Part shown: piece after piece, positions 57,279-64,000 of the stretch
Position numbering within the stretch: the first letter of the stretch is position 1
Layout of the letters: every line of letters begins with the position of its first letter
NCBI GenBank assembly: GCA_964543815.1
Contig: CAZIZG010000007.1
Location: 2,781 to 66,780, forward strand
Length of the DNA: 64,000 bases
Direction of reading: 5' to 3'
Source of the DNA: an uncultured Bdellovibrionales bacterium
GTDB taxonomy: Bacteria > Patescibacteriota > Minisyncoccia > Moranbacterales > UBA1568
The notes under the pieces: model-generated
The model's input: the letters and a program-made list of their open reading frames with translations, nothing else
What the model was told of the DNA's origin: nothing
The model's database searches: none
Translations under genes and position numbers: made by a program

Positions 57279-58292
57279 CTATTTCCTATTATACCCCGCT
57301 ACGTCCCTTTTCGAAAATATGGTAAATGAGGGTTTGCCAAGGAGAATCTGTGCATTCACAAAAAGAGTTGGCACTCCATCTACCACTCTCTTCTCATGCG
57401 GTGGTCGCACTGAAATTTGTAATCCAAAGTTCTTTTCGAAATAAGCCTTAATACCAGAACGCGTATTATAACTAGCCGGCAACGAAAAGGGCTGGTACTG
57501 TTTCTTTTTGGCTGAGTAATATTTCTGATGGCGTTCATGCAGCGTCACCAACACCCTTGCTTGCTGCCAATTTATTCCTGAATTTTGATGATTCACTTTT
57601 AAGTGGAAATAATCAGGTTTCTTCTCCTCTTTTCCGTTTTCCTGATAGTACTGACACTTCACCCGCAGCACGCAGGCTTCACACTTGGGACGCGCTACAC
57701 AGAGTGCACTCCCGAAGTCCATAAGCGCTCCATTCATTTCGCGTTTGGACATAACAAACTTGTTCTCCCAATACTCCTCATCTGCCACGAGGTGTTTCCC
57801 TCCAAAAAAGAATCTGCCAATGACACGCTTCAAATTCGTGTCCCAAGCAAGGTGATTCTCGCCATAAGCAAAACTCATGATAGCAGACGCCGTATACGGA
57901 CCAACTCCGGGTAGGGTTTCCAGTATTTTTTTATCACGTGGAAACACCCCCTCATATTGCGAAACAATGACCTTGGCTGCTTTGAGCATATTTCGACCAC
58001 GAGCATAGTATCCCAATCCCTGATAGTACGGGAGGAAATCCTCCCACGACGCATCGGCTAAATGTTGCACGGTCGGAAAGCGCTTGAGGAAATTCTGATA
58101 GAACCCAATCACTCGCACCACTTGCGTTTGCTGCAACATGATCTCCGACACCCACACTTCATAGGCAGTGATGTTTTTTTTCCGCCATGGCAACTCTGTG
58201 CGACCAGCCCGATGAAAAAAATCAGCCAGTCGTGCTTCAAAAAATTCTCTCTTTTCTTTTCGGATTGACATAGGATTCACCATATTGTACAC
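57279..58292 (-). CDS. mutY: A/G-specific adenine DNA glycosylase family (HhH-GPD with 4Fe-4S)
   Basis: HhH-GPD blocks (LPGVGPYTASAIMSFAYG) and the Cys cluster CVARPKCEACVLRVKC. Confidence 0.85.
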   Translation of the reverse strand: MYNMVNPMSIRKEKREFFEARLADFFHRAGRTELPWRKKNITAYEVWVSEIMLQQTQVVRVIGFYQNFLKRFPTVQHLADASWEDFLPYYQGLGYYARGRNMLKAAKVIVSQYEGVFPRDKKILETLPGVGPYTASAIMSFAYGENHLAWDTNLKRVIGRFFFGGKHLVADEEYWENKFVMSKREMNGALMDFGSALCVARPKCEACVLRVKCQYYQENGKEEKKPDYFHLKVNHQNSGINWQQARVLVTLHERHQKYYSAKKKQYQPFSLPASYNTRSGIKAYFEKNFGLQISVRPPHEKRVVDGVPTLFVNAQILLGKPSFTIFSKRDVAGYNRK

Positions 58293-58293
58293 T
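58265..58293 (+). promoter_or_regulatory. sigma70-like promoter
   Basis: TTGACA (58265-58270), 17-nt spacer, TACACT (58288-58293). Confidence 0.45.
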
Positions 58294-58335
58294 CCCCTGT
58301 CACGTCAAACAAGGCAGCGACAAGGAGGACCGTTC

Positions 58336-58536
58336 ATGATCAAGATTTTTGTGGCGGAGCATGGCGTTGGACGCCACATTGCCCGTGTCACATCGGAAAG
58401 TGGACAGACCATTCAAACTGGAGAAGAACGACCGACCCGCGAAGCGGCCATCGGGGCACTTGTCCAGTGTGCACCAGGACTCTTTGGGGTTTTCGATATC
58501 ATCCTCCCGGATGAGAAATTGGATACTAGCGAATAA
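58336..58536 (+). CDS. Small GC-rich hypothetical protein (66 aa)
   Basis: A perfect SD AAGGAGG lies 7 nt upstream of the ATG. The product MIKIFVAEHGVGRHIARV... is soluble. The gene overlaps the 3' end of the convergent mnmA by 11 nt. Confidence 0.5.
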   Translation: MIKIFVAEHGVGRHIARVTSESGQTIQTGEERPTREAAIGALVQCAPGLFGVFDIILPDEKLDTSE

Positions 58537-59590
58537 CTCCGCCCCCCAAACAGATATCGCCGTCATAGAATACGGCAAACTGACCCGAGGCTAACCCCGG
58601 GTCTTTTTCTTTGAGCCGTACTTCTATGGCACCATCGCCACAAGGCTCTACCGTAGCCGAGTATAGCTTGGCACCATGACGAATTTTGACCAAAAGCTCC
58701 GTCTGCGACGGATACACACCGCTGATCCAATTGAGTGAACCAACGATAAAGGTATCACGCGCTAACAACTCATGATGCATACCGTGCGAAACGAATACTT
58801 CGTTGGTTGACACATCCTTTTTCACCACATACCACGGACCACCAGGGAGCTTTATCCCTCGTCGTTGCCCGACCGTAAAGTACCAGAAACCATCGTGAGT
58901 TCCGAGCTCACGGCCCGTCTCAAACTCAATAAGCTTTCCCAGTCGCTTCCCCAGGTGATACTCCAAAAACTGATCAAACGGAATTTTTCCTAAAAAGCAG
59001 ATTCCTTGACTATCTTTCCGTTTGGCATTGGGGAGCTCATACGCTGCGGCCAATTTCCGTACCTCACTTTTTTCTAGTCGCCCAATCGGAAATAACGCTC
59101 GCCTCACTTGATCTTGTGATAATTGAGAAAGGAAATATGTCTGATCTTTCACCGGGTCAGGTGATATCATGAGGAACGCTTGACCGTCTCGCTCTTCCGT
59201 CCAGGCATAGTGACCCGTGGCAATCTTATCGAATTGTCCCGTATAATTTTTTTCCAAAAAATCATAAAACGCTCCAAACTTAATTCGAGCATTGCAGAGC
59301 ATATCCGGATTCGGTGTCCGCCCCTCTTTCACTTCATTTACCGTATAGGCTACTACTCGTTCCCAGTATTCTTTCTGAAACGGTACGACCTGAAGCGGTA
59401 CCTCTGTTTGTTCACAGACAGCACGAACATAGGCCAAATCATCCTCCCAGGGACACTCTCCCAAAAAAGATAATTCGTCTTCCAACCAAATTTTCAGGTA
59501 AAAAGCGGTCAGTTCGTGTCCTTCGTCTTTAAGAAGACGAAGTGCCACCGAACTATCCACTCCACCCGAAACCAATACCGCTATTTTCAT
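58526..59590 (-). CDS. mnmA: tRNA-specific 2-thiouridylase
   Basis: PP-loop VSGGVDSS and the C-terminal ...YDGDICLGGGVI. Confidence 0.93.
   Translation of the reverse strand: MKIAVLVSGGVDSSVALRLLKDEGHELTAFYLKIWLEDELSFLGECPWEDDLAYVRAVCEQTEVPLQVVPFQKEYWERVVAYTVNEVKEGRTPNPDMLCNARIKFGAFYDFLEKNYTGQFDKIATGHYAWTEERDGQAFLMISPDPVKDQTYFLSQLSQDQVRRALFPIGRLEKSEVRKLAAAYELPNAKRKDSQGICFLGKIPFDQFLEYHLGKRLGKLIEFETGRELGTHDGFWYFTVGQRRGIKLPGGPWYVVKKDVSTNEVFVSHGMHHELLARDTFIVGSLNWISGVYPSQTELLVKIRHGAKLYSATVEPCGDGAIEVRLKEKDPGLASGQFAVFYDGDICLGGGVIR
58582..58608 (+). terminator. Plus-strand intrinsic terminator embedded in the 3' coding region of mnmA
   Basis: gacccg-(10-nt loop)-cgggtc followed by UUUUU. Confidence 0.4.
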
Positions 59591-59615
59591 AACATGATAC
59601 TTGTTACGTAATGAG

Positions 59616-60638
59616 TTACGTAACTATTTTAGGTACCGGCACCACTACCTGATTAATAATCTCCGTATGCTCTCTGAGAAATTTATCTGTTACCTTTACC
59701 ACTTCACTAGCAGTGTGACAATTCATCAATTCAATCCGCAGTTCCTTGGCCAAGGGAAAATGATTGATATAGGCCTGGTAGTGCTTCTTCATCAGCTCAA
59801 AACTCTTGGTACTCTTCCAGGTTTCCTCAAACAATTTCGTATGTGCCACAGCCGATTCGATTCGTTCCCGAACGGTCACTTGTTTGTCACGGTCAAAGAG
59901 CCAGGGATTGCCAAAGATAGCCCGACCAAACATCACGCCAGCCGCCCCTGTTTGTTTCACTTTTTCTTCTGCATCAAAAATATCTCTTGCGTCGCCATTA
60001 CCAAGTATAATCGTACCAGAACCAGCTGCTATCTCCACCGCGCGCCTCACCCTTTCCCATCGAGCAGGAACTTTTGACATTTCTTTCTTGGTCCGAGCGT
60101 GGACTGTAATTACCGCCGGCTTTGCCTCGAGAAGCTCTGGCAACCATGTCTCCAAAGTATCTTCATTAAATCCCAAACGAGTCTTTACCGAGATGGGGAG
60201 CTCGTTCCCAGCAGCCCTCGTCCCTTCACGCGCTGCCACGATAAGACCCTTGGCTAAGGCTGGATCCTTCATGCAGGCCGCTCCCGCACCCTGCTTCATA
60301 ACATTTTTGTCGGGACAGCCCATATTGATATCAATCCCGTCAAAACCAAGTTCTGCACAAAGTCTCGCTGCTTCACGCATATTGTCAGGATGTGCCGTAA
60401 AAAGTTGGGCTATAATCGGACGTTCCGCCTCGGAAAATTTGAGATCGCGCCTGAGAGCTTCGCGCCCCTTCGGATGACAGAGCCCATCGGCCGCCACAAA
60501 TTCAGTCCAGATGACGGCTGGTTTACTATGCTTCACGATATGAGCCCGAAACACAGCGTCAGTCACATTGGCAAGCGGTGCCAAGACATAAATCGGCTTT
60601 TTCAGTTGTTCCCAGAATCCTAAGTATGGTTGTGGCAT
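59616..60638 (-). CDS. dusB: tRNA-dihydrouridine synthase
   Basis: FMN-binding TIM-barrel blocks (LAPLANVTD, DINMGCP, active-site Cys). The start was moved to the internal MPQPYLGFWEQLKKPIYVLAPL. Confidence 0.85.
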   Translation of the reverse strand: MPQPYLGFWEQLKKPIYVLAPLANVTDAVFRAHIVKHSKPAVIWTEFVAADGLCHPKGREALRRDLKFSEAERPIIAQLFTAHPDNMREAARLCAELGFDGIDINMGCPDKNVMKQGAGAACMKDPALAKGLIVAAREGTRAAGNELPISVKTRLGFNEDTLETWLPELLEAKPAVITVHARTKKEMSKVPARWERVRRAVEIAAGSGTIILGNGDARDIFDAEEKVKQTGAAGVMFGRAIFGNPWLFDRDKQVTVRERIESAVAHTKLFEETWKSTKSFELMKKHYQAYINHFPLAKELRIELMNCHTASEVVKVTDKFLREHTEIINQVVVPVPKIVT

Positions 60639-60723
60639 AATTGCAATAACTGAGCCAGTGTAGTGTATTTTGATAAAAAAAGAAACCCCAGGCACTGTCC
60701 GAGATTCTCGGAACTGCCGGGGG

Positions 60724-61149
60724 TCATGACAAGAGCGGCATCACTATATCACCCTCACGAAGAGGGAGTCGCTTGAGGCGCCTGAGCGCCGAAACGGCGA
60801 GATACATATGTCCGCCAAGCGCCTCATCACGCAAAGAAATGAGGAACTTTCTGCCTTCACCCACGTAGTCAGGCCGAACGGAAACGAGGGCGTACCCGGG
60901 ACACTGGTGGCACCGAAATGACCAATCAGAGAGAAGCCCGAATCGGATAATGGCTGAACGGCCATCATCCAGATGTCGAAACACCATGGCCTCACCTTGC
61001 TGCCAAATCTCATCATCCAGTTTTGCCGTGGGAAGCCACTGCCATTCGCGTATCCGTAAACGATAGAGTCCCACCGTGGGGATACCGAGCTCCTGAAACA
61101 GGAAGCTCGGGCTCTCCATGATCGCCTCTTGAGCTTGCCTGTCATTCAT
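60724..61149 (-). CDS. Hypothetical protein (141 aa), GC-rich, divergent from rrf2
   Basis: A GAGGT SD-like element lies upstream. No recognisable motifs; contains CHQC. Confidence 0.45.
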   Translation of the reverse strand: MNDRQAQEAIMESPSFLFQELGIPTVGLYRLRIREWQWLPTAKLDDEIWQQGEAMVFRHLDDGRSAIIRFGLLSDWSFRCHQCPGYALVSVRPDYVGEGRKFLISLRDEALGGHMYLAVSALRRLKRLPLREGDIVMPLLS

Positions 61150-61318
61150 TACTCTACCTCACATTCAAAGGACTGTTCCTCACTTGTATCAGAACCCTTG
61201 CAGCTTGTCCATGTCTTGACCTCCGTATGCAACCTCGGTAGGCAAGGATTTTGAGGCGTAGCTACCTATCGGCTCGCATAAGAAATAGTCATCATTTTAT
61301 TCATAGAAATGATTCTGG

Positions 61319-61347
61319 GTTGACAGAACATTCCTTCCCTGATATTC
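61319..61347 (+). promoter_or_regulatory. sigma70-like promoter for rrf2-suf
   Basis: TTGACA (61319-61324), 17-nt spacer, TATTCT (61342-61347). A near-palindrome AAATCAGAC-n7-GTCCGATTT (61348-61372) lies just downstream. Confidence 0.45.
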
Positions 61348-61394
61348 TAAATCAGACAAATTTAGTCCGATTTATACCCATCAAACCCACTAGT

Positions 61395-61805
61395 ATGAAA
61401 ATATCACGCAAATCGTACTATGGGATGCGAGCTATTCTCGCCATCGCCCAATCCGATAAACCTCTTTCCATTCATTCTTTGGCGGAAACGGAACATCTAC
61501 CGGAGGACTACTTGGAAAAAATACTCCAGAGCTTACGAAAAGCTGGACTGGTTGAGGCCAAAAAAGGCACCTCGGGTGGCTACTCCCTCGCCAAATCAAG
61601 GGAGTCCATCACGGTTTGGGAAATTCTTCGTACCCTCGATGGTCCCATGAAGCCATTTATGCCCACCCTTTCCGGTACCTTGCCCTGTCTCCAGCCCAGC
61701 CACTGTCAGACCAACGAAGTCTGGCGCCAGCTTGAACAAGAAATAGAAACCTCCCTTACAAACATCACTCTCGATAGCCTCATTCCCAAGCACATCAAAC
61801 GCTAA
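61395..61805 (+). CDS. Rrf2-family transcriptional regulator (IscR-like)
   Basis: MKISRKSYYGMRAILAIA... wHTH domain. Start at ATG 61395. Confidence 0.85.
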   Translation: MKISRKSYYGMRAILAIAQSDKPLSIHSLAETEHLPEDYLEKILQSLRKAGLVEAKKGTSGGYSLAKSRESITVWEILRTLDGPMKPFMPTLSGTLPCLQPSHCQTNEVWRQLEQEIETSLTNITLDSLIPKHIKR

Positions 61806-61809
61806 CCCT

Positions 61810-62523
61810 ATGATCACCCTCAAGCATCTCAGTGCATCCATCGGAGACAAAAAAATTCTCCATGACATATCCTTCAGCTTTCAGCCCGGGAAAGTCTACG
61901 CTCTCATGGGTCCCAATGGTTCGGGGAAGTCCACCCTCGCATCGACTATCATGGGCCATCCTGATATAAAAGCTACACGATTATCAAAGATCTTGTTAGG
62001 GGAGAAAAATATCAAAACCCTGACTCCGGACAAACGATCACGCTTAGGCATTTTCCTCTCTTTTCAGTCCCCACTGGAGATTGCTGGCGTTTCCGTTTTT
62101 GACCTCTTGAGAATTGCCCTAGAAAAAAAGTATGACCCCCTTTCATTGCACCGACAAGTTAAGGCCTATGCGAAGGAACTCCGTATCAAAGATGAGCTCC
62201 TGAAACGATCTCTCAACGTCGGATTTTCTGGCGGTGAAAAAAAGAAACTTGAAGCCCTACAGGCCGTCATGCTCGCCCCAGCCTTCGCCATTTTTGATGA
62301 GATTGATACCGGTGTCGATGTCGACGCGCTCAAATCCATTGCTGCTTTTCTCAAAAAGCACCTCCCTCGGGAGACGACACTCGTCTTTATTACACACTCC
62401 ACTCGTCTTCTTAGGTACATCAACCCAGACGAAGTACTCATCATGAAAAATGGCTCCCTCGTTCATTCCGGAGCAGCCTCCCTGGCTATCACGATTGAAC
62501 AATCAGGTTTTGAAGCATTCTAG
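61810..62523 (+). CDS. sufC: Fe-S cluster assembly ATPase SufC
   Basis: Walker A GPNGSGKST, signature LSGGEKK, Walker B IFDEIDTG. Confidence 0.93.
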   Translation: MITLKHLSASIGDKKILHDISFSFQPGKVYALMGPNGSGKSTLASTIMGHPDIKATRLSKILLGEKNIKTLTPDKRSRLGIFLSFQSPLEIAGVSVFDLLRIALEKKYDPLSLHRQVKAYAKELRIKDELLKRSLNVGFSGGEKKKLEALQAVMLAPAFAIFDEIDTGVDVDALKSIAAFLKKHLPRETTLVFITHSTRLLRYINPDEVLIMKNGSLVHSGAASLAITIEQSGFEAF

Positions 62524-62526
62524 GAT

Positions 62527-63933
62527 ATGAAAAAATCTCCCAAAGACACGCTCGACCTCGATGACTACAAATACGGGTTTGCCATGCCTGATGTTTCGGT
62601 TCATCGTACCAAAACCGGTATCAATCCAGATGTGATTCGGGAAATATCTGAAATAAAAAAAGAGTCCGCATGGATGCGTGATTTTCGACTGCGCAGTTAC
62701 GAACTCTTTAAAGAAAAGCCTCTACCCTCCTGGGGCGCCAACCTCCTGCCCATTGATTTTAACGCCATCACCTACTACCTCAAGGCCACCGATGCCCAGG
62801 CTAATTCCTGGGAAGATTTGCCCCAGGAAATTAAAGATACCTACGACAAGATTGGCGTACCAGAAGCAGAAAAGAAATTCTTGGCCGGTGTCTCCGCTCA
62901 ATATGAATCTGAAGTAGTCTACGAAAGTGTCAATCGAGAACTCAACCGCTTAGGAGTCATCTTTTGTGATATGGACACGGCGGTCAAAAAATACCCTGAA
63001 CTTGTCAGAGAATACTTCGGAACGCTCATCCCACCCCAGGACAACAAATTTGCCGCCCTCAATTCAGCAGTTTGGTCAGGCGGATCATTTGTCTACGTAC
63101 CCAAAGGCGTTCGGGTTGATTTGCCACTTCAGGCCTACTTCCGAATCAATGCTGAAGCCTTTGGGCAGTTTGAACGGACCCTCATCATTGCCGAGGAAGG
63201 AAGTTATGTTCACTACATTGAGGGTTGTACCGCTCCTATTTACACGACCTCGTCTCTTCATTCGGCTGTAGTCGAAATCTTTGTCAAAAAAAATGCCCGG
63301 GTCCGCTATACTACGGTCCAAAACTGGAGTAAAAATATTTATAACCTCGTAACTAAACGCGCCAGAGCCGAAGAAAACGCCATCATGGAATGGATTGACT
63401 GCAACATTGGGAGTGGGGTCACCATGAAATACCCGGCTGTCTACCTCGCTGGTCGAGGTGCTCATGGCGAAGTCCTTTCTATTGCCTACGCCGGAAAAGA
63501 TCAACACCAAGATGCCGGTGCTAAAATGGTTCACCTTGCTTCTGACACTACTTCACGCGTCGTTTCCAAGTCTATTACCAAAGACGGCGGCCGAACCTCC
63601 TATCGGGGACTCGTCCATATCGCCAATGGTGCTAAAAATGCCAAAGCCTCCGTCGTGTGTGACGCCCTTCTCCTTGACGAACACTCTCGCTCAGATACCT
63701 ACCCAACCATGCGTATCAACGAAGAATCCGCCGAACTGACACATGAAGCAACCGTTGAGCGAATCGGGGAAGACAGGTTATTCTACCTCACTTCACGTGG
63801 TATGAGTAAAGGCGATGCCGAAGGCTTGCTCGCAAACGGCTTCATTGATCCGATTGTCAAAGAAATTCCACTTGAATATTCCATCGAACTCAACCGACTC
63901 ATCCATCATGAGATGAAGGGCTCTATTGGTTAA
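62527..63933 (+). CDS. sufB: Fe-S cluster assembly protein SufB
   Basis: 468 aa with conserved SufB/SufD beta-helix blocks (LIIAEEGSYVHYIEGCTAP). Confidence 0.95.
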   Translation: MKKSPKDTLDLDDYKYGFAMPDVSVHRTKTGINPDVIREISEIKKESAWMRDFRLRSYELFKEKPLPSWGANLLPIDFNAITYYLKATDAQANSWEDLPQEIKDTYDKIGVPEAEKKFLAGVSAQYESEVVYESVNRELNRLGVIFCDMDTAVKKYPELVREYFGTLIPPQDNKFAALNSAVWSGGSFVYVPKGVRVDLPLQAYFRINAEAFGQFERTLIIAEEGSYVHYIEGCTAPIYTTSSLHSAVVEIFVKKNARVRYTTVQNWSKNIYNLVTKRARAEENAIMEWIDCNIGSGVTMKYPAVYLAGRGAHGEVLSIAYAGKDQHQDAGAKMVHLASDTTSRVVSKSITKDGGRTSYRGLVHIANGAKNAKASVVCDALLLDEHSRSDTYPTMRINEESAELTHEATVERIGEDRLFYLTSRGMSKGDAEGLLANGFIDPIVKEIPLEYSIELNRLIHHEMKGSIG

Positions 63934-63947
63934 TACTATGTTATTCC

Positions 63948-64000
63948 GAGATATCACCCATGACACGAAAGCAGTCTATACCATCAACACCGATGAACAG
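63948..64000 (+). CDS. sufD: Probable start of sufD, truncated by the window
   Basis: An ATG 15 nt after the sufB stop, in the operon position of sufD. Only 17 codons are visible. Confidence 0.3.

Noticed and set aside
60744-61145. Alternative 133-aa frame overlapping the 60724-61149 ORF
   Set aside because: Same strand but a different frame in a GC-rich region. The 141-aa frame has the SD-like element and an ATG start, so only one is likely real.

Overview
This window reads as a bacterial chromosomal segment of about 48% GC. Most of it is minus-strand housekeeping genes. These include a C-terminally truncated glmS at the left edge, leuS, a complete F1Fo ATP synthase operon (atpB-E-F-H-A-G-D-C), tatD, metG, rsmI, glyQS, tgt, recO, a MacB-type ABC transporter with HlyD adaptor, ileS, a hemerythrin, an nrdD/nrdG anaerobic RNR module, argS, trhO, lgt, mutY, mnmA and dus. 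There is also a plus-strand block: smpB followed by an unannotated tmRNA (ssrA), infC-rpmI-rplT, and rrf2-sufC-sufB(-sufD). The gene content is reminiscent of a small-genome, possibly CPR/Patescibacteria-like anaerobe, but that is inference. The items I consider most worth a second look are these. (1) A 1708-aa secreted alpha-2-macroglobulin-like thioester protein with an embedded Hint/bacterial-intein-like domain that lacks a +1 nucleophile. (2) An nrdD whose glycyl-radical domain (RVMGY...FNVGKK) sits in a separate 67-aa ORF, 7 nt past a tandem stop codon, with an A5 run at the junction. (3) A PAS-domain/ECF sigma fusion directly upstream of the nrdD module and a hemerythrin. (4) A T-box leader (UGGU bulge, candidate AUC specifier, intrinsic terminator) upstream of ileS, which the ORF track shows as a spurious ORF. 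(5) Four GC-rich islets on the plus strand, each placed divergently from a minus-strand housekeeping gene. Three have a near-consensus TTGACA-17-TAnnnT promoter, a strong Shine-Dalgarno, a small ORF (2-TM peptide, tandem TM + C4 zinc-ribbon paralogues, a 66-aa soluble protein) and an intrinsic terminator. (6) Three tandem acidic coiled-coil proteins upstream of atpB. (7) Tandem membrane-anchored GH73-like paralogues separated by an AT-rich spacer carrying a 21-nt direct repeat. Most short ORFs in the six-frame track are antisense shadows of real genes and were rejected.
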